This document shows positions 12,832 through 24,800 of a DNA stretch of 64,000 nucleotides, piece after piece; position 1 is the stretch's first letter, and each line of letters begins with the position of its first letter. A program made the translations under genes and the position numbers. Where the stretch lies: NCBI RefSeq assembly GCF_902459465.1, contig NC_047073.1, positions 2,604,001-2,668,000 on the forward strand, in the 5' to 3' direction. The DNA is from Asterias rubens (Eukaryota). The notes under the pieces were generated by a model. The model was not told where the DNA came from, ran no database searches, and was given only the letters and a program-made list of their open reading frames with translations.

Positions 12832-13447
12832 ATAAAGTCACCTGGAAGTGGTATTTTGTCTAAACAAAGCTTTTGTCACTATATGTGTTTTGATGAGTGG
12901 AATATGACTTACCAATTAACTAAGGTTTATTAAAAAATTAGTGTCCATTTTATTTACAAATTTGAAAATAAGCCCGACCCGAGAGGGCACTGTTTGTGAC
13001 GTCAATCGAGGCGCGATGAATCGCACGCAGTGCCAACACAAGATAGTGACGCTTGGCGCAAGCTTAAAACATGCAATAAATGTTTAAACAATACCTGATT
13101 TTTTTTATTAAGTTGAAAAGAACTTTTCTCTTTTCTCTTCATGTCAAAATGTGTAGTGTCTTCCGGATTCTCGAAGCACGACGGCTCAAAGTGTTTGCTG
13201 CACAGCGCGTCGACTAGACATTGCCGGAAAAATGAAACATACAAACTCACGACTAGGACATGAATGTACTTGCACAGACGTGTGTTCGATGTCCAATTGA
13301 GGCAAAGTCTGCCTCGATTGACATCACAAAAGGGGTAGGCGGAGTAACCCACACAATTTTATTTTTTAACATATAAATCATTAAAAACAATTACTCAAAA
13401 AAGTATTTAATTGTTCAGAATAATATCCTATTTCAAGGTGACTTTAA
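12832..13447 (-). mobile_element. Second, inverted copy of the AGTCACCTGG-terminus MITE
   Basis: ataaAGTCACCTGGAAG...TTCAAGGTGACTttaa. It shares GGCAAAGTCTGCCTCGATTGAC with 3034-3058 in the opposite orientation. Confidence 0.75.
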
Positions 13448-13849
13448 GTTTTGGTTGTAGTATTAGTACAAAGAAAACTTTAGTTGTTGATGGCTAACGG
13501 TCGTAAAACTTAAACATATTGACGTCGATTTTTAAAACATAGCATTTGGAGGCCCAAAATATTAGTCCCCTGTAGGCTCACAGGGGAGCCTTGATAGTTT
13601 CGACTATCTATTTCTATAAGAAAGGGAAAAAAAGAAAAAATTCATTCAAACACGCCAATTAAACAAACAAATCTTAAGTTCTGATTAATTTTCCCCACAG
13701 AAGTATAAAAAAAAAATAATAATACAAACAAATTAAAAAACATTTGGGCCTAGGTCTTAACTCTTATTCACTTGTTCTAAAAATATAATAACATAAAACA
13801 TGATGAAGAAAAACGAGTTGAAACCCCAAAACTGAGTAAAAATTTATTG

Positions 13850-14023
13850 GGGTACGAGTTGACTTGGGTACGAGTTGACTTGGGTACGAGTTGACTTGGG
13901 TACGAGTTGACTTGGGTACGAGTTGACTTGGGTACGAGTTGACTTGGGTATGAGTTGACTTGGGTACGAGTTGACTTGGGTACAAGTTGACTTGGGTACG
14001 AATTGACTTGGGTACGAGTTGAC
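13850..14023 (+). repeat. 16-bp minisatellite (GGGTACGAGTTGACTT), about 11 copies
   Basis: Directly visible tandem array with only a few substitutions. Confidence 0.95.
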
Positions 14024-14122
14024 CCGAATTCGGACCAAAAACCGACCTGTCGGAAATATACGACTCACGGCCCACTCGGTCGGCTAATAGTAACAAACAA
14101 AATGCCCTAGCACCACGCCACT

Positions 14123-14777
14123 TCCGGTGTCATGACAAAAACTGTCCGCTGGCAATAAGTGTCCGCTCATTAGCATATTGCGTTCTGATTGGTCAAGCGT
14201 CTATGACGTCACATTGTTTACGGAAGCTTGCTAAAATAGTGTCCGCGGTTGGCGTGCATCATCATTGCTTCATTTTTAACATTTTAGTTTTTCATTTTTG
14301 TAACGCTTTCCTGCTTGTATTTGATTATAAATATTCGTATATTTATCATTTAGCACTTTCATTCGTATTTTGTTAACCTAGGACTTTTTAATTACTTATG
14401 TAAAATACGAATCTTGACAAAGTTTGTCTATTTTGTAACTTGACTTGTATGCTTGAAAGCATTCTTGGTTGTATTTTATTATTAAAATATTATTGTTAAA
14501 CCTGCACTGTTTTATTATCTATAGTAAAATACTAAGACATACTTTTGATTGAGAGTAAGTGTTTTGTTCGTCTATTGTTTTTACTTGGCTTGTATTTACT
14601 TGAACGCTTTCTAGGTTGTATTTGATTATAAATAATCAGCACGGCGCAGCATGGCGCCCGGACACTATTTTGTTGAGCGGACACTTTGTCACGTAATCCG
14701 TGCCAAATAGTGTCCGGAGTGTGCGCATGTTCAGCGGACACTTATTGCCAGCGGACAGTTTTTGTCATGACACCGGA
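14123..14777. mobile_element. ~655-bp element with perfect 45-bp terminal inverted repeats
   Basis: TCCGGTGTCATGACAAAAACTGTCCGCTGGCAATAAGTGTCCGCT (14123-14167) and its reverse complement (14733-14777), around an AT-rich core. Confidence 0.8.
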
Positions 14778-16090
14778 CCTCGAGGTTTTTAAAATCAGCG
14801 CCCATGGAAAACCAAACAGTAAAAGTAAAGATTTTTCATTAAAAAAAACACATTTTCAAATAAAATACTCTACCAAGGTAATGTGAAACTCACCGGTCGT
14901 ATTTTGAAATGCCTCTTGCCCGGATCTGTTTCGATTAAAACGGAGAAATTTATCGACAAGAATGGAGTGGAAACTGGAATTCTTGTCGACGTCGTGAAAT
15001 TGTCTCGAAAAGGAAGAAAAGCGCTAGCTGGTGTCCCCACTGCATGTTATTGCAATGTTTACATGTCACGTGGTCAGCTACACTGGTACCCTGTCTAAAG
15101 CTTGACGTCACAACTATGCTGCATATACTCATGATTATTCAGCAGTGGACAATTTAATTAGCATAAAGAAAACCTTACCTGGTATAACGAGTAATGGGGA
15201 GCTGTTAGTAGTATATAAACAGTGTGAGAAACGGCTCCATCTCTGAAGTGACGAAGATTTCGAGAAAGAAGTAATTTTCCACGAATTCGATTTTGGTCTC
15301 GAAATCAAGCATCTGAAAGCGCACAACTTCGTGTGACAATTAAGGGTGTTTTTTTCTTCAACTAACATAACATAAGCTCTATAAAATTGGGCCCTGGCTA
15401 CGGCCGAATGGATAGTGTATAATCATGATACACTTAAAGTAATTAGGTTGAGCATCAGATTCATAATATTTTGTAGGCTTATAGGACCCAAGAAAAGTGA
15501 TTGAGACCCTATCAGTGTAACAATTTTGCCCAAGAGGGTTTGTTGACTTCCAACTTAGTTTTAAAGTTGTAACTATAAATACTAAATAGTTAACTTGCGG
15601 GTAAAACAAGGATCTCAAGTTGAGGGAGTGTTGGCTCTGAGAAGTGGCGCACTAGGCGTCTTCGTGATCAGACAAATACACTCTGCTCGTCCTCAAAATG
15701 TAGGGGAGACTTCTCGACGGGCCCTGGGACATCCCATATCAAATTTAACACAGTATTTAAGTTAAGAGTAAATGGATATATTGTCCCTTACTGTAAAAAA
15801 AGCGGTGTGACTTCAAGTATTTTTCGTGTGTCTTTGAATATTTAGCATTTTGCACTGTATGCTACGGAGTTTTATTATATGGTTCCGGTAGTTGATCAAC
15901 CATTCACCACTGAAGGACACCCAAAGTTCAACTTCGGTTAGTTAGGTCGAGTCAAGTCCAAAAGAGATGTTGCCCTTGACACAGAAACACTCATTTACAA
16001 AAGGTGATTGAAATCAATGTCCTCACACAGCGCTTGGTAACGGGAGCATAATGGAATAGATTATCGTACAATTACTGCCTATTGACAACA

Positions 16091-16104
16091 GTTACCATGG
16101 TGAA
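16091..16104 (+). promoter_or_regulatory. X-box (RFX)-like motif upstream of the Tctex1-domain gene
   Basis: GTTACCATGGTGAA resembles GTTRCCATGGNAAC. A CRE-like TGACGTCA lies at 16204. Candidate 5' UTR exon 16426-16629 (cag|ATC...AAG|gtgagt). Confidence 0.35.
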
Positions 16105-17946
16105 AGATCTTGCATTGTTGGGTGAAGTTTGTCCGTACTTTTGTGTAAAATAATGAGGGCGGTAAAAATAACGCGCCCCCAAAAAGTCAATGGATGAATG
16201 TCGTGACGTCAAAATATCAACAGAGCGTGTTTATTAATAATGGAAGTAAACTTGAAAGTGGTGTGGCGTTGCATATCTAATTAAAATGTTGACACACACG
16301 ATGGAAACGGGACGTTTCCAACTCGGGTCTTTATCAAAGGAAACAAGTGGACCAAACAGTACAGACAGTCAAAATATAATTTATCACTCTGAATAATCGT
16401 TGTCAATTTTTTTTATCGTATACAGATCGCGTCTGTAAACAATTGCACTTGGTTACGGATAATGCTTTTGTAGGTGAAACTGCGACAACTGGCGGCAACC
16501 ATACATAATTTTAGGTCACGTCTCGTCCTGAGCCTCTACTCTCGGCACCAGGACTGTATGCTACTGGCTCAACATTGTGTGGGAGTAATGCTGGATGGTG
16601 GTTGACTGTTGTCAACAAATTTGATAAAGGTGAGTTTACAGCTTCGGAAAGGAATTCTCAATTAACCGTGCTTTGAAACCATTCTCATGGCAAAATAAGC
16701 AAGACTATAAGAGCAATGGATGTTCCTTGCTCTATGATTAAAGGCGCTGGAGGAAGTCACTTCCTGAAATACAAAACCAAGTGTTTGAAAAGGGGAGAAG
16801 TGTCATTTCGCAATTGTTGATTTGCATTCATCGATATCACAAAGTATAATTAAACGAAATTGATCCCTGGTTTACAGCTTCTGAACGGAATTCTCTGAAA
16901 ACTGGGAACCCGATATTAGGGGAGACTCCGTGTGGTTTATTTTTAGGTGAAATTTGATCTACAATGTATTGCGATTTGTAAACGAAAATCCAAAACTACA
17001 CACACACACCCACACGCACATTCTATAAACAAGGACCTCTTATTCAACTTGGTTGTGAGGCAATTGCAGAGCAGATTTCAAGGAGGCGGAACAACTTTAG
17101 AAGTTTTCGAAGCTCCTGATTTCGATACATATTTCAAGGTACGATATAATAAAGGGCTTAATCGACGAGTGATTTGGCGACTGGCCTCCGTAAAGGTATT
17201 GGTGATTGCGAATGAACAAAGGAGCTATGTTGAATGATTTGTTGTAGAGCACTGGTATGTTAATCCATAGAGGTACCCACCATGGTCAATCCATGTCCTT
17301 GTTCAAATCCTGCTCTAGTCAAATTTTTCTTTTTTCGACCCCCAAAAAATTGCTACTGTGGTAAAATTGCACATACAGGTATTTATTCAGACTGAACTCT
17401 TTCAAAGACCAGACTCCCCACAGAACTCCGTGTGAAGGTGTGAATGGTATGTTGTCTTTATTTTAAAAAATTGCAAAGACGTAACTCTGCTACGGTAGAA
17501 ACGTGGTGACACTGTCCTTTGCATTTTATACACAGGAGCCATAAGTAGACTGAGTAGAATAATCAATTTCAAAATTTTAGGTTTTTTTTTCGTTGTCATC
17601 AAACACTAATCATAGTATTTCAATGAGATAAACTGAATATCTTCCTACAAGTTTCTCCTTGAATTCTTTTTTTTCCCCGTGACAATATGACTGGATTTAC
17701 AGCATGTAATACTTATTCACATTGTGTGACTGAATATAACACAAATATTTGTAATTTTTTGGCAGGAAACACACGGTGTCGCCTTACGTTCCTGACCCCA
17801 GCAAAATCTATCAGAAAACACTTGGAATTTGAACAAGTGCTCACTTGGCAAACCCTGATCAAACAAAGAGCGTCCAACTGACGGGCTTCCATAACCCGAC
17901 AACCAGCTGGCGGCACTCGCCAAGTTTGACCAGAAAATACTTCATC

Positions 17947-18609
17947 ATGACCGAGCAAGTCGAACAAAAACCACGGCGGAAAACCTCGGTGTATACGGCA
18001 CCGATGGATATAGCCACCGGGCTTCCACCGGGCCACGACCACGGAGAAACCCGCTCCCGTAAGGTGTCCTTTGGTAGCACCGGCAGGCCCAGGAACGTCT
18101 CGGTGGGGAGCATGGATGGTGATTATCGGACCCGTAAGCAGAGCTTCGGCAATGACCAGGACTACCGCAACCGGAAAATATCCTTCTCTCGCCGCGTGCT
18201 CTCCGTGGACGAACGGGGTTGGGGTACGGACGGCTCGGCGACTGGCCGGGGGACAACTCGACCGAACACCTACAAGATGGACCCAGAGAGGCCATTCAGA
18301 GAGAAACCGGTCAAACAAGTCATCGAGAATGTTCTTCAGGACTTGGAGAAGGTCAGGTACGATAGCCCGGTCTTGATGGCCGCGAAGGCGCGAAACATCA
18401 GCGATTCTGTCAAGCAGCGAGTGAAACTTCTCGGGTTCGACCGCTACAAACTCGTCTGTGTCGTCTGCTTGGGACAGAAGAGCGGTCAGGAAGTGCAAGA
18501 CGTGGGGAGATGTCTGTGGGATTCGGCAAAGGATGGTTTTGTGTCCGTCGTGTATGAGAACCCAACTCTGTTTGCTGTGGTTAGTCTTTATGCCGTTTAC
18601 CAAGAGTAA
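17947..18609 (+). CDS. Tctex1 domain-containing dynein light chain (TCTEX1D1/DYNLT5-like), 220 aa, intronless CDS
   Basis: The C-terminal ~115 aa show the Tctex-1 pattern: NTYKMDPERPF...YDSP...ISDSVKQRVKLLGFDRYKLVCVVCLGQKSGQEVQDVGRCLWD..KDGFVSVVYENPTLFAVVSLYAVYQE*. The first in-frame ATG is at 17947 (atcATGa); the ORF-track start at 17845 is TTG. There is an acceptor-like ttttttggcag upstream near 17764 and an AATAAA at 18870. Confidence 0.9.
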   Translation: MTEQVEQKPRRKTSVYTAPMDIATGLPPGHDHGETRSRKVSFGSTGRPRNVSVGSMDGDYRTRKQSFGNDQDYRNRKISFSRRVLSVDERGWGTDGSATGRGTTRPNTYKMDPERPFREKPVKQVIENVLQDLEKVRYDSPVLMAAKARNISDSVKQRVKLLGFDRYKLVCVVCLGQKSGQEVQDVGRCLWDSAKDGFVSVVYENPTLFAVVSLYAVYQE

Positions 18610-19771
18610 TGCTGAAAGTGACTTGATCGGTCTTCCAAAAGGTGGTCACCAAGCACCGTGTATATAAGAAAAGGTAGTTTCGCGTCCTTTTTTCGGTGTA
18701 GCAGGAGATTCCGTCACCCGGGAGATGCAGTCACCACATCACAAAGGTAGACTTGACAAGTCCCGTGCTCGTGCGAGATGTCCCTAAGCATATGTGCCGC
18801 CAAAATGGTTGTTGTCCCAAGAATGGCACAGGTTGGGGGACTCAGGTTAGAGGAGTTTCTGTGACTGAAAATAAAAGGACTCTCACGAACGGCGAACTGT
18901 GTACTAACTACTTCTGATAACGCCCTCATTTGAAACATCTTTCTATGTTATTTTTGGGACGGGTAGATTTCCCTGGGACACCGGACAAAGAAAATGGTGT
19001 GAAACTTGTCAGTGTATATTTCAGTATGGAGATACAAAGGTTTTTGAAAATTACACAAACAAATTAAAGATGGTTGAAACTGGAATCGGTTTCATGCACG
19101 CAGTTCTCAGTTATATTTACTTGACACTTGGCACTTGACACCGTTTGTTTTTACTCAAAATAATGTAATTGCTAACGAACAATGCAAAGAGAAACCCAAA
19201 CTCAACAAGAAATTTATATTTTTTGAAATCATCATAATTTTAATTCATTATAATGAACGACCAGATGCCATTAAAATAACATGGACATGAGTAAACAACA
19301 ATACTCACAATGTGGGCCAAGAACTTAAAGTAAAAATTAACAATTATTCTTTTCTTTTTTCCGAATTGGAAAGTCTTTCTTTAGGGGTTCTCTTTTAAAA
19401 TAATCATTCCAGACCATTTATGGATAAAAAACTTCATGCATTTTCGAGAGTTGTAAATTTCACCAAAGCTTTCTTACTTGTACAAGATTTGTTTTCCCAA
19501 AAATGATTGATGGAGAAATTGGTTTAGCATTTACAGAAACTGTTCACCTGCAGTTTTATAACAATAACCACTTTGCATGCTTCTAAATTTTCAATTAAAA
19601 AAAAGCTGGATCGGCAAAAACGAACAATATGATCTGACAAAAGATTTATTATAAAGTTGCTACAGAAACATGTAAAGTAGGCTGCAACCAAATCAAGTGA
19701 CTTTAGCATAGGATATGGCTGTGGCTGCAGCAACAATGCCGGCTTCAAAGTGCTGGCCCTAGCCGCTTCCA

Positions 19772-20035
19772 TTAAAGGCACAGGACATGTTGTGGTAATT
19801 GTTCAAAGACCAGTCTTCTCATTTGGTGTATCTCAACATTATGCACAAAACAACAAACCTGTGAAAATTTGAACTCAATTGAGGTTTTTCAATATTTGAG
19901 TGAGAAATTACCTCTCTCTCAAAAACTATGTTACTTAATGCTTTATACTATCAACAGCTCTCCATCGCTCGTTATCAAGTAAGTTTCATGCAACAATTAT
20001 TTTGAGTAATTACCAATAGTGTCCAGCCCTTTTAA
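19772..20035 (+). mobile_element. TTAA-flanked T2/Kolobok-type MITE
   Basis: ttaaAGGCACAGGACA...GTGTCCAGCCCTtttaa with the family body. Confidence 0.7.
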
Positions 20036-21876
20036 CTCAGATTACGGCCTAAGCTTTGGTGAACATTCACAAAGTTCTGCGCAAAAGCAACCCACTCTGA
20101 GCCAAAATGCCACATCATCCAGGCAAAACTGCTTAGCAATCTGATTTTGTTCAGCAATAATTTGTAAAAGCTTTGCATCTATAACTTACAGGTAGGCCCT
20201 TTACTCATACAGGAAAATAACTGTCCCTACTTCAGACAAAAGTAATTACTTAACAGTTTTTTGGGGAAAAACAGAAGATCACAAATAATCTCCCAATTTA
20301 AAAGCAATGGGCACCACTTTAATGCAGTTCTTAGATTAGTTTTCCATGTAGTTCTTTTTATTCAGTTTAATAATCTAAGAAAATGAAGGACTTGGAAAGA
20401 AATTGGCAACAAGCAAAAAACTTTCAGTAGTGGGGGAGAGGGGGGGGGGTTAAAATTAGAATTATGTTTGAGATATAGACACCTTCATAGAAAACCTTGG
20501 AATCATTTAACCCTGCAGGTCTTCATGACACAAAGCTGTCAGCAAACAATTCTGCTTAGCAAACTCTAAGTGGGGCACCAGTTCCAACATTATAAATTGT
20601 TTTGACTTGGGCTGGTTACCAGTTTCTTTTAAGCATGGTTCGTCTGTGCTTAGCAAGTTTTTATGCATATTAATCAGTCTCTTGAAATTTCTTGGTGTCA
20701 AAAAAGATGTCTCTGGCGTCACTTGAAAACCATAACATGATCTACGCGCATACCACCGGGCAAAACCTTTGTGTTTTGGCAGCCAGCTAGAAAGTACACG
20801 CAATCATACCCATGACTACGCGTCGTTTTGCCCGGCGAAACATGACGTGTACAATGTTTTGTCAACAGAGGGCGGTTTGAATGTAAACATAGGTCACATC
20901 GTCTATCGTTTGCGTGCGAGTGTGAGTGTGCAATACCACAAAAACATACTGCTTCAATAAATTAAAGTTTGCTCACTACTTCTGTGCATGTTTCTCTCTG
21001 ATGAAACAGAAAAGACTTGTGTTACAATTACTGTTACTTTGAAATATAATTACAGTCTTTTACAATTACCAATAGTGTCCAGAGTCTTTAAGTTACCTGT
21101 AGAAGCTACAGTCGTCAAAACTTAGGATTTGTATTAAGTTCTTATATTACAGTTGGAACCCAATTTCCCTAAGACCTGATGAAGTTAGCGATGCTAACAG
21201 GGCATACATGGAGCAACGATCGATCGGTTTCAACATTTTGCATTTCATGAAGTGCTTCCAAAGCTCAATTTAAAAAACCAAATCAAATGATAGGAACACA
21301 AACACCTGAAATAATAGCTTTTTTTTTTTAAATTATAAAATTTAAAACAAAATGTGAGTGGTTTATTGAACCCTTTATTTGTTAGATTAATTTTGTGTGT
21401 GGCACAGCGTGTTTCCAGCCATATGTACTGTGACGTACACTTTACATATTGGTCTGAGGTGATGTGGGTACAGCTGACAAACATCACCTCGGACCAATCA
21501 AAACAAAGACATTGAAAGCTAACTTTCGGTCGCCACATGTGTGCTATGTACATGTACATGATGTACTTGTTTGTAATAATGGTATTAAGTAGGATGTGAC
21601 TGCGTATCTCCATGTAAAATGAATGCAGGTGAAATGTGATTATGGACGGGGATTGACCTAAGCTAGAGGCCACTCTCTGGCGTTATTCCAAGCCTCGAAG
21701 TGTGACGTTTCAGGCTATGGTGGTGTCAGGGCATAATGGGTCATTACGAATGCTGCCCTCTAGAGGCAGTTTGCAGTGTGACTCTGTGACATCTTTGATC
21801 ACAAGAAAAAAAAGGAGGTGTAGCATTTTATATATTTACAGAGAGATTTACGTTCAGGGTGAGCGGTTAAAATGTT

Positions 21877-24800
21877 CTATTCGTTTCCGTCTTCTTTTTC
21901 TCTTAGGAGAAAGTTGGCAGCGAGAGCCGTATCCTTTTCACAGGCAAAGAACGCTTGTATAACGAGTTCTTCAGAAAATCCAAGCTCTTTGAGCTAAAAC
22001 GAAAAAAAGGAAGAAGGAAAACAAAAACCGACATGAGAAAATTGATTGGGATAGTTATTATTCTTGACCGAGATCTTTCAAATTGCTACAAGTAAAACGA
22101 CTGATGATATTCTAAGGTTTTGCGAAAATATTTTACTTTAAAACCCTACAATAAAGTTTACAATCGCAAAATCAAAAAAGTCATTGACACTAAATAAAGT
22201 CCTTTAAGAAAAATTAAATTGACTATAACACACAATTTTGTTTAAAGCCATTGGACCCTATCGGTACAGAAAAAAAAAAAAGTTCACAGATTTACAAATA
22301 ATTGACAGGGTTTACAGAAGGTAATGGTGAAAGACTTCTCTTGAAATATTAGTCCATGAAATGCTTTACTTTTTGAGAAAACGGTAAAACAATATAAATT
22401 CTCGTTAGCGAGAATTACGGATTTGTTATAAACACATGTCATGACACGGCGAAACGCGCAAAAACAGGAGTGGGTTTTCCCGTTATTTTCTCCGGACTCT
22501 GATGTCCAATTGAGCCTAAATTTCCACAGGATTGTTATTTTATATATAAGTTGTGATACACGAAGTGTGGGACTTGGACAATACTGTTTACCGAAAGTGT
22601 ATAATGGCTTTAACCAAACTGAGTGGGTGTTTTTAAATTTGCAATACAAAAACAGTTGTTGTCCCCTATAAACAAATAAGGGGTTAAGTTAGACAACCCT
22701 ACATTTGAAACTTGGTAGGTTAACCAGGGCTCAATGTCAAGAAACCCAAGCAGACGTTAGGTGAGTAAAGTGCGATAGACCCACAATAGGGTCTATAAAA
22801 TGTGTTACATTGGCAAGGTTTTTCGATAAAATTTCAGCATTCACTTTGTGTTTTAGTTTCAAAATATTTAATAAGAATATTGTACATGATTATGTCATAT
22901 CAGGGAAAGTGTGTATATCATTAGAGAGACACTTAAAATCGCATAAAGACCTTACCCCCCCCCCATCCTCCAAAAGGGGCAATTCAGGGAGTTTCGCACA
23001 GAAAATGCCTCGGTAAAAAGAAGGAAGTATTTGTGTGTGTACACTTGGGATGTACAGTGCAAGAAGGGAAGCTTTGTTTTTGTTCAGCAGAGTTGCTTGC
23101 GCTTGCGCATTGTAAATGCAATTTTGCCGAGCCCTTGTGTACAAAACATTATGCTGTCGAGATCCAGCAATGGCAGTGCGACCCCAGGCAGGGTGCAGCA
23201 CTTGCCCGCTTAGAACGGTCTATTTCAGAAATAAAAGTCACTTACGTTATCCACAGCTTGTCTGTCCTGTTGAGTTAACGTGATATAATGCACCCCATGG
23301 GCGGGAGCTTCACCTCCTGCTACGCCCTCAACTTGCCTTGGTGTCTCAACTCCTGTTGACCCGCCCCCAGGCTGCCCCGCCGTCTGTCCACTAGACTGTC
23401 CGCTCGGCTGGACACCACCCAGCGGGAGAGTACCCGCTTGGCCACCGATACCACCCCCAGATTGGGCTCCTTCATTCATCAAAGCTATGAACTGCTCCTG
23501 ATTTTTATTTATCAACTGGGTACGAAAAATAAAACATCGTCAGAAATCAGTGAAAGGGTCTTGCTCCAAGAAAACCAAGTGTCAAAAACTGGTTTCGAAC
23601 GTAAAGCATTCACTTGTGGATTAAGTTTTTGGCCATGACATGAATCCCTTATCACTATGAAAAGAAGGGATTGCTTATAGAACACACAGACTCTTTAAGT
23701 GCCTAACTCTATGAAAATCAGTAGAGGTTTCACAGAACTCGAGAAATACCGAGTAAACAGTGCTAACACAGAGTGAGAATCCTTACCTCCAAGAGTTCGG
23801 GGTTGCTTAGTTGTAATTGCTGTAAGACAGTATCCAGCATGGTAGGGTTGGCCTGGACTGCCTGCCGCATTTGATTAAACACTGGATTGTTCTGAAGAAA
23901 ACTCAAGGGATTCTCTGGAGAAAAAACAAAATATAAACAATTTCTTTAGGTGTTGACCACTTAGTCATGGAGGGCAAGACAATGCACAAAACAGTCTGTA
24001 ATTCTGCGCCCAATTCCATGGCTCGACTAACCTCAGAATTCTGCGCGAACAGCTTATAGACTCACACGCTTTGCAGGACACTATCAAGTGCATAGTTCTG
24101 TTGAGGCTGCACTATGAACTAGGGCTGTGGGGTGCACAAATGTTGCCAACATTTGCGAATGTTCGCCAACAATTTCAAGTGGAACGAATTGTACGCCACA
24201 ATAAATGGATGTAAGTATGATAACCACATGATATCATACCACAGGCTGCCACAGTTTATCTAACATTCATAAATACCTCAAACAGTTTAGCTTTTCCTAT
24301 TGGTGGAGAGCGCGTCCAGTGGGGGTGTTTAAACCTTTCATAATAACCAGTGTTTATAACTGGTTTCGAGCGGATACTCTGCGCTAGTCTTGGTGCAAGA
24401 CATTTCTTGTTACGGGCGATGCGGACGCTTTCAGTAAGTTGGTCACGCTGTGTGTGAGTGGAAAACGAGAACATGTTGCACCAAGACTATACGAGAATGC
24501 GCACGAACAGAGTCGAAAACTGTCGTAAATAAACATATCCGTCATAACAATGCAACACACGGACGTCGTACATGTACATGTACATACAGAGCTCAAGCTG
24601 ATTGAAAACGGATAAGTTTCTTACTTAATTACGTCTTTTAACCAAAAAGGCATTTATGAATGGGAACTCATTCTTTCACGATCATTTGAAACCTTGCATG
24701 GTCGTTGCCGTGTGATAAAGGCCCGAGCCGAATCACACGGCAACGACCCTGCCGGTTCTAAACTGCTAACTAAATAGTGAACCAAAGTTTTATTTCTGCA

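Noticed and set aside
13764-14096. ORFs with repeating PSQLVPKSTRTQVNSY
   Set aside because: Translation artefact of the 16-bp minisatellite.
17713-18603. 296-aa antisense ORF overlapping the Tctex1-domain CDS
   Set aside because: Shadow ORF of a GC-rich coding strand; no recognisable domain, while the + strand has a clear family match.
19524-19781. LKSLDLVAAYFTC resembling the RAD23 UBA2 exon
   Set aside because: No acceptor and poor match; the true UBA2 exon is at 21877-21993.
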